Counted from the first letter of the stretch, positions 1 through 11,141 are shown. The stretch: DNA of 64,000 nt from an uncultured Acidobacteriaceae bacterium (GCA_963849815.1 CAWKIR010000012.1:41169-105168), one strand, 5' to 3'. Notes: generated from the sequence alone by a model not told the origin. Program-made: numbers and translations.

Positions 1-483
1 CCTGTGCCCGAATCGCTGGCGGCGAAGGTCCGCATCGGGGATTCTGCCGATGTCCACGTGCAGGCAACTGGCGAACATTTTACCGGCAAAGTCACGCGCT
101 TCACCGATGCGCTGGATCCTTCGACGCGAACGATGCAGGTCGAGATCGATGTTCCCAATCCCAACTATCATCTGCAACCCGGGATGTACGCCGATGTCCA
201 ACTGAGCGCCGACAGCCGTCCCAATACGCTCACCGTTCCGGTGGAAGCCATCCGGCGTGGCGACAACGAAACCAGCGTGCTGGTGCTCGACGCAGACAAC
301 CGAGTGCAGTCGCGGGAAGTACAGCTGGGAGTGGAAAGCTCTGACAACGTAGAAATTTTGGCCGGACTTACGGAAGGCGAAAGAGTAATTGTGGGGAACC
401 TGGGCAGCTATCAACCTGGCGAACGGGTGCGGCCAAAGGCGGGCGTGTTCGATGCAGGTCCCGCCAGCAAGGGGACGGAGTAG
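1..483 (+). CDS. RND efflux periplasmic adaptor (membrane-fusion protein, HlyD/AcrA family), C-terminal part; the 5' end lies outside the window
   Basis: The ORF is open to the window edge. The sequence looks like the C-terminal beta-barrel/MP region of an MFP (DPSTRTMQVEIDVPNP..LQPGMYADV). Its stop is 5 nt before the RND gene start, and an OMF gene follows. Confidence 0.8.
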   Translation, partial: PVPESLAAKVRIGDSADVHVQATGEHFTGKVTRFTDALDPSTRTMQVEIDVPNPNYHLQPGMYADVQLSADSRPNTLTVPVEAIRRGDNETSVLVLDADNRVQSREVQLGVESSDNVEILAGLTEGERVIVGNLGSYQPGERVRPKAGVFDAGPASKGTE

Positions 484-488
484 CTGGC

Positions 489-3400
489 ATGTCAAGCTTT
501 GCGATCAAGTATCCGTTCTTCATCCTGATGCTGTGTCTGGGGATCATTGTGGTGGGCGTGACCACGGTGTTGCGCATGCCCGTGGATTTGTTTCCGCAGA
601 TTGATATGCCCGTGGTCGTTGTTGCCACCTTTTACAGTGGAATGCCTCCCCAGCAGATCGAAGCGGACATCACCGATACCTTCGAGCGATTTTTCACCCT
701 CGGCAGTAATATCGATCACATTCAGTCGCGATCGCTTACCGGCGTCAGCTTAATCAAGGTTTACTTCCAGCCAGGTACCGATCCGGATGCCGCAGTGAGC
801 GAGATCGCCAATCTGGCGATGGCCGACTTACGCAGGTTGCCGCAAGGCACGCTGCCACCGGTGGTGCTGAAGTTTGACGCCTCCAACATGCCCGTCTGCC
901 TGGTCACACTAAAAGGCCAGGGACTCACCGAAACGCAATTGCATGACCTGGGGCAATTCAATGTTCGCAACCAGATTGCGAATGTGCCCGGCGCCTCCGT
1001 GCCGCAGCCCTTCGGCGGCAAAGTACCGGCAGATCCAGTTTTACGTCGATCCGGTGAAACTGGAGGCGGCGCAACTTAGCCCCATGGATGTAGTCGAGGA
1101 CATCAACAAGGCGAACTCGATTTTGCCTGCGGGTGACGTTCGCATCGGCCCCTTCGACTACAACATTTACAGCAACAGCCAGTTGCCCAACGTGCGGGAG
1201 ATGAACGACGTTCCGCTGAAGGCGATCGGCAACAACGTGCTGCGCTTCGGCGATATCGGGCATGCCGAAGATGCCTCGGCACTCCAGTACAACATCGTTC
1301 GTGTAGACGGTCAGAAGTCGGTGTATCTGCCGATTCTGCGGCAAGGGGGAAACAGCAACACCATCCTGATCGTGAATGGTGTTCGGGACCGGGTAAAGAA
1401 GCTGCTGGATGTACCCAAGCGTCTGGTGGCGACGGTAGCCTTCGATCAATCGCAATACGTCAAAATCGCGGTTGCCAACGTGCTGCGCGAAGGCGGTATG
1501 GGTCTGGGGCTGACGGCCATCATGATCCTGGTGTTTCTCGGTTCTCTGCGCGGAACAATCTCCGTCCTGCTGTCCATTCCAATCTCCTGCCTGGCGGCGT
1601 TTCTTCTGCTGAACGCTTTTGGCAGCTCGATCAATACGATGGTCCTGGGCGGCCTCGCCCTGGTGTTGTCGCGACTGATCGACAACTCAGTAGTGGTGCT
1701 GGAGAACATCTTCCGCCATATGGAGAGCGGCGAAGATTCTCGCACCGCTGCCGAGCATGGGGGCCAGGAAGTGCAGCTGGCGGTACTGGCGGCGACCTTT
1801 ACCACCGCGATTGTGTTCTTTCCCGGTAGTCTTCCTCAGCGGCGTGAGCAAGTATCTGTTCACCGCGCTGGCGCTGGGCGTAGTGCTGGCTTTGGCGGCG
1901 TCGTATCTGGTGGCCATGTCGGTTGTGCCGCTTTTCTGCTCCCGCTTCATCAAGGCAGAACATGGCAGTGAAGCCGAGGGCGAGCGCGAGGGCGGCCGGT
2001 TGGAACGTCTCCTGGGACCATTCAATCGCGGATACGATTACGTGCTGGCCAAGTACGACGAGTTGCTTGACAAGGCGCTGGGCCGCCCCAGGATGACGGT
2101 TGCAGTGATCATGGGTGTATTCGTGCTCAGCCTCGCTCTGGCGCCGCTTCTCGGAGTCGCCTTTTTCCCCCGCACCGATCCTGGTCAGTTCGTCATCAAC
2201 GTGAAAGCACCCAGCGGCACGCGCATCGAGTTGACCAACGATTACATGGCACGGGTGGAGGACGACATCCGCCAGGTTGTCCCCGCGGATGAGCTGCAGA
2301 TGATCGTGTCCAACATCGGGGTCAACGCTGATTTGTCTGCCATCTATACGACGAACTCGGCCATGCATACGGCCTTTGTGTTGGTACAGCTGCGGACGGA
2401 ACACAAAACCAGCAGCTTCGTTTACATCAATCGCGTGCGACGGAGGCTGGCCAGCGATCTGCCGGAGCTTTCTACGTTTTTCCAGAGCGGCGGGCTGGTC
2501 GATTCCGTGGTCAATCAAGGCATGCCCGCACCCATCGACATTCAGGTCACCGGAACTAACCAGCGCGAAGCTTATGACATCGCCAAGGAAATGGCCCAGA
2601 AACTGCGAGGAATGGCGGATGTGGGCGATGTCCTGATTCCCCAGGACCTCGACTACCCCGGCATCCAGCTCGACGTCCGGCGTGAAATGGCGGCTCGCCT
2701 CGGCCTCAATGCCCAGGACGTTGTGGACAATGTGGTGACGGCGCTTACCTCCAATGGCATGATCGCGCCCGGCTACTGGATCGATCCCAAGACCGGCAAC
2801 AACTACTTGCTCACGGTGCAGTACACGCCCAGCCAAATTGGCAAGATGACGATGGAGGATTTCAAGCAGATCCCGTTGCACGCCAAGAACAACGCCGAAC
2901 CCACCATGCTGGAGAATGTGGCCGACATCAAAATGATCGACACTCCCACCGAGGTCGACCACCATCAGCTGTTGCGGGTGATTGATCTGTACGTTTCACC
3001 TAAGGGAGAAGATATCGGTGTTCTGGCGAGACAGGTGCAGAGGCTCATCGACCAAACCAGGTTGCCACCGAACACGCGCCTGCAATTGCAGGGTTCGGTG
3101 GTCGCGATGCATGACTCGTTCAAGAGCTTCGCTATCGGATTGTTGCTCTCCATCGTCCTTGTGTATCTGATCCTGATGGCGCAGTTTGCCTCTTTCAGCG
3201 ATCCGTTCGTGATCCTGCTGGCCGTTCCACCTGGATTCACCGGCGTGATCCTGTTCCTGTTGATGACCGGCACGACCGTCAACATCATGTCGCTGATGGG
3301 AGTGATGATGATGATCGGCATCGTGGTGTCGGATTCGATTTTGATCGTGGAGTTCACCCGCGAACTGCGGCGCCGCGGAGACCCCTTGCGTACCGCCATC

Positions 3401-3643
3401 AAGAATGCCTGCCATGTGCGCCTGCGGCCCATCATGATGACTACCTTCGCAACCTTTCTGGGACTTATTCCACTGGCTTTGGCCCTGGAAGCGGGCAGCG
3501 AACAGTACGCTCCACTGGCGCGCGCCATCATTGGAGGCTTGATGTTCTCGTTTATCGTGACTCTCTTCCTGGTGCCCGCGGCGTACTACCTGATGCATCG
3601 CGGAGAGGAAGAGCAACAGCCGGGACCGGAGGTGCAAGCTTGA
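489..3643 (+). pseudogene. AcrB/HAE1-type RND inner-membrane transporter interrupted by two +1 frameshifts
   Basis: ORFs 489..1079, 943..1971 and 1757..3643 lie in successive frames and join into one colinear ~1050-aa RND protein. The junctions are ..PFGG-K-YRQIQFYVDP.. at 1020-1022 and ..AIVFFP-VVFLSGVSKY.. at 1822-1826. Confidence 0.8.
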
Positions 3644-5076
3644 GACGCAGGATTCCCTGGCTTGTGATTCCAGTTGCGTTGAGCAGCCTTGCGCTGGTGG
3701 CGCAGGCAGCCTCAGCAAGGCTCCCAGCCACCGTGCCTGCACAAACGGAGACGTCGCCGCCTCCGCCGCAGGCACTGCCGGCGCCCTCCGGTCCGTCGGC
3801 CGCGCTGCCACAGCCCCCGCCGCAGCTTCCCACGACGGGCGCAGTCCAACGCCTGACAGTCCAGGACGCAGAGGCCCTGGCGCTGAAGAACAACCCGCAA
3901 ATTTCTGTATACCGCCTGCTGTCGCTGGCTTCGAATCAAGTCACCCGTGAACAGAAAGCTGCTTACTATCCCAATGTGTTTGGGAGCTTGACGGCGGTCG
4001 AGCCGAAGGCGGGCACGCGGATCGCAGCGGGACTGATTAACAATCCCAGCGTCTACGAACGCGCGGCCGGCGGGCTGACACTCTCCCAACTCATTACCGA
4101 TTTCGGACGCACGAACAACCTGGTAGCCACGGCCGCGTTACGCGCCAAGGCGGCTGACATGAACGCCGCCGCAACTACCGACCAGATCAAGCTGGCCGTC
4201 GATCAGGCCTTCTACAACTCACTTCAGGAACGCGCGCTCTTGAAGGTGGCCCAAGAAACGGTGAGTGAGCGAGACTTAGTGTCCCGCCAGATTACGACGC
4301 TGTTCCAAAACAAGCTGCGCTCCCAGCTCGACGTGAGTTTTGCCGACGCCAATCTGGCGCAAGCCAAGCTGCTCCTGCTGGACGCGCAGAACAATTATCA
4401 GGCCGCGCTTTCGACGCTCTCCCAGGTGCTGGGCTATTCCTCGCAACCACAGTTTGAGCTGACCGACACCGAAAGCCAGCTGACGCCGCCTCCAGATGCC
4501 GTCAGTCAACTGGTGGATCAGGCCTTCAGCAACCGCCCGGAGATTGCTTCGCAGACCTATGAGTATCAGGCGTCCCAGCACTTCCAGAAGGCAGAACGGG
4601 ACTTGCTCCTGCCGAGTGTCGAGGCTTTGGGGGTGGTCGGCCGCACGCCTTACAGCAGCACGGTCGCCGGGGTGAGCCCGTTCACGTCGTGGTATGGCGC
4701 CATTGGAGTCAATGTCAATGTTCCTATCTTCAACGGTTTTGAGTTTGTGGCGCGGTCGCGCGAAGCGGGGTTTCGGGCGCAGGCCGCCGACGAGCAACTC
4801 CGCGACCTGAAAGACCGGATTGCCAATGATGTGCGCAACAGTTGGCTGAGCGCCATCACCGCTTATAACCGCATCAACGTGACGCAGCAGTTCGTGGAAG
4901 AGACGAACCTGGCCGTAAAGTTGTCGCAGACGCGTTATAACTTGGGGTTAAGTTCGATTGTGGAATTGAGCCAGGCACAACTCCAGCAGACGGAAGCGCA
5001 AATTCAATTTGCTGCCGCGAAGTATCAGTACCGGATAGCGCAGTCGGTTTTGCGATTCCAGATTGCGGCACCGTAG
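3640..5076 (+). CDS. Outer-membrane efflux protein (TolC/OprM family)
   Basis: 478-aa ORF. The TTG start overlaps the pump stop (TTGA). It has a signal-like N-terminus followed by a Pro-rich linker and two OEP-type repeats (LTVQDAEALALKNNPQI; FSNRPEIASQTYEY). Confidence 0.85.
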   Translation: MRRRIPWLVIPVALSSLALVAQAASARLPATVPAQTETSPPPPQALPAPSGPSAALPQPPPQLPTTGAVQRLTVQDAEALALKNNPQISVYRLLSLASNQVTREQKAAYYPNVFGSLTAVEPKAGTRIAAGLINNPSVYERAAGGLTLSQLITDFGRTNNLVATAALRAKAADMNAAATTDQIKLAVDQAFYNSLQERALLKVAQETVSERDLVSRQITTLFQNKLRSQLDVSFADANLAQAKLLLLDAQNNYQAALSTLSQVLGYSSQPQFELTDTESQLTPPPDAVSQLVDQAFSNRPEIASQTYEYQASQHFQKAERDLLLPSVEALGVVGRTPYSSTVAGVSPFTSWYGAIGVNVNVPIFNGFEFVARSREAGFRAQAADEQLRDLKDRIANDVRNSWLSAITAYNRINVTQQFVEETNLAVKLSQTRYNLGLSSIVELSQAQLQQTEAQIQFAAAKYQYRIAQSVLRFQIAAP

Positions 5077-5094
5077 CATCGGCGCTCCGATCAG

Positions 5095-5751
5095 CTATCG
5101 GGGCGTAATTCTCAGGATATTGTGTGCGACTTCGACGCGCCGGTTGGGGAAAGAGGATTCAATCGAAGCGGTCAGTTCTTCCAGTGTCGGGGCCCCGGCC
5201 TGGCCGTTGACGCCGTCGGCGTCGTCCATCAGGATAACGTGGTCCGGAATTTGATCGGCAAGAATCGCATCGAGTTCGGATCCCAGGCGGTTGGGATTGC
5301 CGAAGCCTCCACTCCAGCCATAGTAGCCGGCGTCCAGCCACCACAGGCAAGGCTGACCCAGCCGTTCCAGCAGCATTGGCACGGCGGCTTGACTATCGCC
5401 GCTAATAACCTCTACATGCGAGTGCTTGCGGAAACGGTTTTGCGCGAGGCGCGCGAAGCGAGGGTCGAGTTCGATGGAGTATATCCGGCGGAAGCGGCGA
5501 GTGACTGCGGCGATCATTTCTCCGTAGTACGTTCCGGTTTCAACCAGGGTAGTCAGCCCGAACGCTCGTGCATATTCGATGACGGTCCGCTGTTTGATGA
5601 CGTGGGGAATCCGGCGAGGCTCGCCGCGCAGCTTCCACCACCAATAATCCGGATAGTGGCCCAGCTGCTTGAAGCCCGCATAGATAGGCATCTGCTTCAG
5701 GAGTGAGCGAATGGGATGGGTAGCACGCGCTGGCATTGTTATGGAGTTCAA
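5095..5751 (-). CDS. Class I SAM-dependent methyltransferase-like protein
   Basis: 218-aa ORF with a Rossmann SAM motif (LVETGTYYGEM) followed by an acidic strand end (IYSIELD). Convergent with the efflux operon. Confidence 0.6.
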   Translation of the reverse strand: MNSITMPARATHPIRSLLKQMPIYAGFKQLGHYPDYWWWKLRGEPRRIPHVIKQRTVIEYARAFGLTTLVETGTYYGEMIAAVTRRFRRIYSIELDPRFARLAQNRFRKHSHVEVISGDSQAAVPMLLERLGQPCLWWLDAGYYGWSGGFGNPNRLGSELDAILADQIPDHVILMDDADGVNGQAGAPTLEELTASIESSFPNRRVEVAHNILRITPR

Positions 5752-5845
5752 GAGTAGCAGGCAGTAGCAAGCGATGAAAGGAGCGCAGCCGGTCTATAAT
5801 GTCTGGACTCCGTTCGCTGTTCACCCGGAATCACCGAGGAGAGAA

Positions 5846-7306
5846 ATGAAGCTTTTGCGAATGTTCGCCTCTGCTATCGTCACGCTGTTGGTCGCCCCAG
5901 GCATGGCCAGTGCGCAATCGTGGCAGCCGCTAACACATCAACCGGCGTTTACCGCCGGAACCGCCCTATTACTTACCGACGGCACGGTCATGATGCACCA
6001 TGAAGATCCGAACGATGGATATTCCGACTGGTACAGGCTAACGCCCGACATCAATGGCAGCTACGTCAATGGGACTTGGTCGCAGCTGGCCTCACTCTCG
6101 TCGAACTACGGTCCGCTGTTCTTCGCTTCCGCAGTGCTGGCCGATGGGAAGGTCATCGTCGAGGGGGGTGAACAGAATTTCAGCCAATACGTGTGGACCA
6201 ACCTGGGGGAGATTTACGATCCCGTGGCTAATACCTGGACCAACGTCAATCCGCCCACCGGGTGGAGCAGCATCGGCGATGCCTCAGGCGTAGTCCTGTT
6301 CAACAAGACGTTCATGCTGGCCGACTGTTGCAGCCGGCAGCAGGCCCTGTTCAATGAATCTGCCCTGACATGGACCGCAACCGGCTCCGGCAAATTCGAT
6401 TCTAACAACGAGGAGGGCTGGACGTTGCTGCCTACCGGCGACGTACTTACGGTGGATGCCTACACCGATGTGAACGATCCTACGGGTACCAACTCTGAGC
6501 TCTACGCGCCTTCCAGTGGATCATGGTCAAGCGCGGGAAGCACCATTGTTCAGCTTTGGGACTCGCACGGCTCCTATGAGGTGGGACCTGCGATGTTGCG
6601 GCCCGACGGCACCGTTTTCGCCACCGGTGCTAATGGCGACGGTGCTGGCCATACCTCCGTATACAGTCTCAGTACGCAGACCTGGACGCCAGGTCCCGAC
6701 TTCCCCGACGGCTTGGATATTGCCGACGGTCCCGCGGCCCTGCTGCCCGACGGCAACGTGCTGGTGAGCGCGAGTCCTGGCATCTTTGAGCTGAACACCT
6801 ATTTCTTCGAGTGGAATGGAAGCGAGTTGATCTCGGTGCCGCGCACACCGAACTCGCCCAACAACTCTTCATGGTACGGACGCATGCTGGTGCTGCCCAC
6901 CGGACAGGTGTTGTACACCGACGGCAGCAACGATGTCGAGATCTATACTCCCACGGGGAACTCGTATTCTGGCCTGGCGCCGTCGGCTATGCTGACCTCG
7001 GCGGTGCTCAGTCGGGGGAGCTCGTTGGTCCTGTTTGGCTTTAAGTTCAATGGCGCCTCGCAAGCCAACGCCTATGGAGACGACGCTCAGGAAGCTACCA
7101 ACTATCCCATCGTGCGCATTACTAATGTGGCCACGGGACACGTGTTCTATTGCCGCACTCACGACCACAGCACCATGGCAGTCGGATATCCGGGGCCGAC
7201 GTATACCCACCTCGATATCCCGTCCAATATGGAGACCGGTCAGAGCTACCTGGAAGTCGTAGTGAACGGAATTGCGTCACCGAGGTACAACGTCGGGATC
7301 GATTAG
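5846..7306 (+). CDS. Secreted kelch/galactose-oxidase-like beta-propeller protein with Ig-like C-terminus
   Basis: ATG at 5846 is preceded by AGGAGAG. Signal peptide MKLLRMFASAIVTLLVAPGMASAQ. Recurring blade motifs (DGTVMMH, DGKVIVEGG, DGTVFATG, DGNVLVS, TGQVLYTDG). Confidence 0.6.
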   Translation: MKLLRMFASAIVTLLVAPGMASAQSWQPLTHQPAFTAGTALLLTDGTVMMHHEDPNDGYSDWYRLTPDINGSYVNGTWSQLASLSSNYGPLFFASAVLADGKVIVEGGEQNFSQYVWTNLGEIYDPVANTWTNVNPPTGWSSIGDASGVVLFNKTFMLADCCSRQQALFNESALTWTATGSGKFDSNNEEGWTLLPTGDVLTVDAYTDVNDPTGTNSELYAPSSGSWSSAGSTIVQLWDSHGSYEVGPAMLRPDGTVFATGANGDGAGHTSVYSLSTQTWTPGPDFPDGLDIADGPAALLPDGNVLVSASPGIFELNTYFFEWNGSELISVPRTPNSPNNSSWYGRMLVLPTGQVLYTDGSNDVEIYTPTGNSYSGLAPSAMLTSAVLSRGSSLVLFGFKFNGASQANAYGDDAQEATNYPIVRITNVATGHVFYCRTHDHSTMAVGYPGPTYTHLDIPSNMETGQSYLEVVVNGIASPRYNVGID

Positions 7307-7325
7307 GAAGTGGACAGACGGACTT

Positions 7326-7345
7326 CGCGGGCCCGAAGGCCCGCG
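7326..7345. terminator. GC-rich hairpin between convergent genes (possible bidirectional terminator)
   Basis: cgcgggcc-cgaa-ggcccgcg is a perfect 8-bp stem. It sits between the stops at 7306 (+) and 7371 (-). The U-tract is weak. Confidence 0.4.
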
Positions 7346-7370
7346 ATTCCTTCCAGAGCAGTGTTTAGCG

Positions 7371-8804
7371 TTACTTACCATAAGTGCCGCGGGGCGATCC
7401 GACACCGGTACACTGATCATAATAGGCCGCGGCGCAATGGCCGCTTCCGTTGCATCCCATGGTGACATCGTAGAAGTTTTGGCTGTAGTTGACGTGGTTA
7501 AACTCCTGCGCATAGATCAGGTTGTTTTCCTCGTTGGTATATTGCCCGCCAATTTCCGGAGCCTGGCCTTGCCGATTGTATGCAAGGTTGACGATGCCGG
7601 CCAGGGAAGGTGAAGCTACGCTGGTACCACCGACGACAAGCCATCCGCTGTATCCGTACGTATCGTAAACATTGACGCCGCTGTTGGGATCAGCGTCAAA
7701 GGCCATGTCGGGAGTTTGTCGCGCGGTTTGGCCGAAGAGCGGATACTGAAACGCAGTCCAAGGCCCCATTCCATTTGCCATGCTTGGCGGGTTTTGCCAG
7801 AGTTCATATTGGCTGACACCGCCCCCAGAGCCGTTGCCGTCAGAATTAAGGGCCCAGCAACTCTCGTTCATGAAGTTCCCACTGGAATCGCGATTGACGG
7901 TGGTGCCACCAGCGGAGACTACCCAAGGCGAGGAACTTGGATATTGAGCGCCCCATCCGTCATCCCCTGCCGCGGCAAAATAGGACGTCACTTTCCAGTA
8001 GTAGCGATAGAAGACGTCATCAATAGCGCCGACTTCGCCCGGAAATTCTCCGCCGCCCCAACTGTTGGAGATGTCGCCGCCGCCTCGGTGACTGACCGCT
8101 ATGCCAGCTATCTGCTCGGCATAGAACAAGTCCGCGTCGCTATTACTACAGGCTTCTATCAGAACGATTTGCGCGCTGGGGGCCATGGCGTGTGCCCACT
8201 CGATATCCAGATCCTCCTCTAATCCCCACCCGGTATCGCCCGGAGGAACGCCGCTGCAACTGGCGCTCATGCCGTTTTGCGTGCCCTGGCTGGTGTTGGC
8301 GTAGATCTTGGTGAAGGTCGCGGCGGGCAGGCCGTAATTGCTCGAGAAAGCTGCCAGGTCGGATGCCGCGTGCGGGTTGTCATAGGCGTCCACCAGTGCG
8401 ATTGCGCCCCAACCGCCCGAAGGATGATTGGTGCCGCCCGTTGCCGGATTGCATCCGGTATAGATGGGGCCAACCTTATAGACGCAGCCCAACGACGCTG
8501 GCGTCTCGCCACCGGCTCCGGCTATGTCTGGCGAAGACACCGGATGGCCATCGGGAACGAAGATCAAAACGTTGGTGTGGGCGCGTATGCCAGCATCCTC
8601 GGGACGCATGACGCTGCTAGCGGGCGTGATCACAGTACCGGACCGCCGGTAGATCTGCGGGGCTGGCTGACTGGGCGCCGTTTGCTGGAGGGTCGGGGCC
8701 GCGGTGCCTTCTGGAGTGTGCTCATCCTGTGCGACGGCTGCGGTGGGGATTCCCACGGCAAACCACACAACGACCGAAGCGATAAATAACTGCTTCTTAG
8801 TCAT
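7371..8804 (-). CDS. S53 (sedolisin/kumamolisin-like) serine peptidase, secreted
   Basis: ATG at 8804 is preceded by GAGAGGAAG. Signal peptide MTKKQLFIASVVVWFAVGIPTAAVAQ. Sedolisin signatures EEDLDIEWAHAMAP, SNSWGG and GGTSVASPSLAG. Confidence 0.75.
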   Translation of the reverse strand: MTKKQLFIASVVVWFAVGIPTAAVAQDEHTPEGTAAPTLQQTAPSQPAPQIYRRSGTVITPASSVMRPEDAGIRAHTNVLIFVPDGHPVSSPDIAGAGGETPASLGCVYKVGPIYTGCNPATGGTNHPSGGWGAIALVDAYDNPHAASDLAAFSSNYGLPAATFTKIYANTSQGTQNGMSASCSGVPPGDTGWGLEEDLDIEWAHAMAPSAQIVLIEACSNSDADLFYAEQIAGIAVSHRGGGDISNSWGGGEFPGEVGAIDDVFYRYYWKVTSYFAAAGDDGWGAQYPSSSPWVVSAGGTTVNRDSSGNFMNESCWALNSDGNGSGGGVSQYELWQNPPSMANGMGPWTAFQYPLFGQTARQTPDMAFDADPNSGVNVYDTYGYSGWLVVGGTSVASPSLAGIVNLAYNRQGQAPEIGGQYTNEENNLIYAQEFNHVNYSQNFYDVTMGCNGSGHCAAAYYDQCTGVGSPRGTYGK

Positions 8805-8953
8805 ACTTCCTCTCTTCAGTTGAACTTGAGATCGGCGGCGAGCGGACGCCAAGCGACCGCTGCTAATGCTTGCTTGTTAGGCGCATCATACCCTAACAGC
8901 ACACGTCCTCCAAAGGTTATGCGAAGTGCAGGCGCTGGAAAACCAGTCAGGGA

Positions 8954-10621
8954 TTATTTCCAAGCGGGCTTCTTCTTGAAAACCTTGACGACCTGGTTGG
9001 ACTGGGGATGGTAGGTTTTAGCGGCGTCTCCCCAGACGTATTTGCTGTAGCCCAGAAGATCGACAATCCCCACCAAGTCATAGTGCGCTGGCAAGTAGCT
9101 ATCGATCCAGTCAAAGATGTGCTTATTCGAGCTAGGCAGTCTGCCAAAGGAAGGGGCCACGTCTACCAATACGACGTACTGCGGCTGGGCAGCTTCCATC
9201 TCGCTGATCATCTGCTTCTGCATTTCGCCTGCATACGGCTGTTCTTCCATCAGCCCGTAAGTGTAGATATACCCGGTTGCCGAAGGACGGTCGGCGTAGA
9301 AATAGATTTCCGGTTCCGAGCCCAAGACGGCTACGCGATCGTCTTTAGCGCTGTGGTTCTTGATGTAGTAGGCAACTTCGTCCGCCTCCGGAAACGGATT
9401 TGAGCCATAGATCATGCGCGCGGCAGCAAAGGGTCCCGCTTTGAACAGATAATTGCGTTGCTGGTAGAGGGTTCCGGCAAATGCGGCGATGAAGACGACC
9501 AGCGGTAACAAGGCCCAGACTCTCGAGCGCAAATGCTGTTTCAGACTGGCGGTCCCGCAGTACACCGCTACCCCCGCCAACAGGGCTACGGCCGGCAATA
9601 GCAGGACGAAATAATGCTGCCGAAAGTAGAGCCCGGGACAGACGGCGGCAGCCGAGCACAGAAAGAAAGTCGTCAAAAAGAACCACTGACTCCGCGCTGC
9701 ACGGTTCCACAGTATCGCGCTGAAGCCGATGCCAGCCAACAGCCAGATCATCACTTCCGGCAGAACGACCTTGGGAAGAATCAGCCGCAAAGTTTGCAGG
9801 CCTTCGCGAATTCCGATAGTCGTGGCGTATTGCCGGGCGTAGAGAAACGTCCAAAACCAGAAATTGCCGAACGCGCCTGCGATGGCCAACAGCAGGCAGG
9901 TGATGGCGAATGGTAACAGGACTCCGCAGGCGTAGAGGGCGATTTTTATGCAGAATTCCCGGCGCTGGTGCAGCCATGTCTGCCGCTCTGCCTTGACCAG
10001 ATACAGGGCGCCGAAAGCGGCGAACATAATTCCGGGCTGCTTCATCAGGAACGCCAAGCCGAGAAACAGACCGCTCAAGAAGTACAGCCACGTTCGCCGG
10101 CTCTCAGCCGCGTTTAAGAGGAGCAGGACACCGCTTACGGCGCACAACACCACAAAGTGGGTTGCGTGCCCCGCGAATCCAATGACTGACGGACTTGTGG
10201 AAAGCAGGGCGTAGCTGGATCCGGCCACCAGTCCCGCCAGCGGTCCAAAGAGCCGCTTGCCGAGCAGGAAGATCAGGAAGGTGGTTACGGCATTCGCCGC
10301 TAACAGCCCCAGATGGACGCCCTTCGCCGTTTGTCCGAACACCAGAAGGATGGCAGCGTACGCGGCGAAGGTGCCGGGAAGCTTCATGCTGTAGATGAGC
10401 GTATAGGGCGGTATGCCGTGCAGCATGAGCTGTCCGGCGTACGCATATTCGCCTTCATCGCGCTCGAGAGGAATGTAGCGGAAATGCCAGCGAATCAGGC
10501 TGAAGAAGACAATCACCAGAAGCAATGGCAGGTAGTACGGTAAGGATCTCCGCATCGTGGGGATTCCAGAGGAATCAGTCATGTTACGACATTGGGGGAC
10601 ACTAACGCGAAGCAGGGGCAA
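8954..10621 (-). CDS. Polytopic membrane glycosyltransferase-like protein (GT-C fold, ArnT/PMT-like)
   Basis: 555-aa ORF with many hydrophobic helices and an early loop motif (RDEGEYAY) resembling the acidic motif of GT39/GT83 enzymes. The C-terminal domain is soluble. The start is uncertain (TTG 10621, ATG 10582 or ATG 10555). Confidence 0.6.
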   Translation of the reverse strand: MPLLRVSVPQCRNMTDSSGIPTMRRSLPYYLPLLLVIVFFSLIRWHFRYIPLERDEGEYAYAGQLMLHGIPPYTLIYSMKLPGTFAAYAAILLVFGQTAKGVHLGLLAANAVTTFLIFLLGKRLFGPLAGLVAGSSYALLSTSPSVIGFAGHATHFVVLCAVSGVLLLLNAAESRRTWLYFLSGLFLGLAFLMKQPGIMFAAFGALYLVKAERQTWLHQRREFCIKIALYACGVLLPFAITCLLLAIAGAFGNFWFWTFLYARQYATTIGIREGLQTLRLILPKVVLPEVMIWLLAGIGFSAILWNRAARSQWFFLTTFFLCSAAAVCPGLYFRQHYFVLLLPAVALLAGVAVYCGTASLKQHLRSRVWALLPLVVFIAAFAGTLYQQRNYLFKAGPFAAARMIYGSNPFPEADEVAYYIKNHSAKDDRVAVLGSEPEIYFYADRPSATGYIYTYGLMEEQPYAGEMQKQMISEMEAAQPQYVVLVDVAPSFGRLPSSNKHIFDWIDSYLPAHYDLVGIVDLLGYSKYVWGDAAKTYHPQSNQVVKVFKKKPAWK

Positions 10622-10622
10622 C

Positions 10623-11141
10623 CTACTGGATGGCGGGAGGCGGCCCGGCGACTGACCAATGAGCGTCCCGCAACTGCCAGCGGCCGTTCTTGTATTCTGC
10701 TATCGCGGTAAAGTACCCGCTCTCATCCGCACGGTTCCCGGCGTTGTCTATGCGGATTTCGTGCCAGGGAGCAGCCACCATGGCGAGCTCCGAAGTGAGT
10801 GGATCGACTCGCAAGTCCTGGCCCCACTGAAGCTCGATGTGCTTTATGGTGCCGGCGAATTGCTGAATTCCAGCGGTTGCGGCTGCGCTGTTGGGGAACA
10901 CCAGACGACCTTCCGACGCCATGAAGAAGTCAGGAGCGTCGGCGAAATGCTTACGCCACGCCGATGGGCCCTCCTGGGTGACATCGCGAGCGACAACGCT
11001 GGTGTAGGCTCGCACATCCCGCTCGACCTCGGCGGCACGCTCCGGTGTCAGCGGTTGCGAGGCACTGGACAGATCATGGTGCGAGCCACATGCCATCAGG
11101 AGAGCCACCGCAGGGAGAACAACCCATCGCCAAGTTCGCAT
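10623..11141 (-). CDS. Lipoprotein with SnoaL/NTF2-like (DUF4440-like) domain
   Basis: 172-aa ORF with a lipobox (ALLMAC). The C-terminal GYFTAIAEYKNGRWQLRDAHWS is typical of the NTF2-like fold. Its stop abuts the next gene. Confidence 0.6.
   Translation of the reverse strand: MRTWRWVVLPAVALLMACGSHHDLSSASQPLTPERAAEVERDVRAYTSVVARDVTQEGPSAWRKHFADAPDFFMASEGRLVFPNSAAATAGIQQFAGTIKHIELQWGQDLRVDPLTSELAMVAAPWHEIRIDNAGNRADESGYFTAIAEYKNGRWQLRDAHWSVAGPPPAIQ

Noticed and set aside
1799-2965. 388-aa minus-strand ORF inside the RND gene
   Set aside because: It is antisense to the colinear AcrB-like frame and has no motifs. The frameshifts in the pump do not create room for an independent gene.
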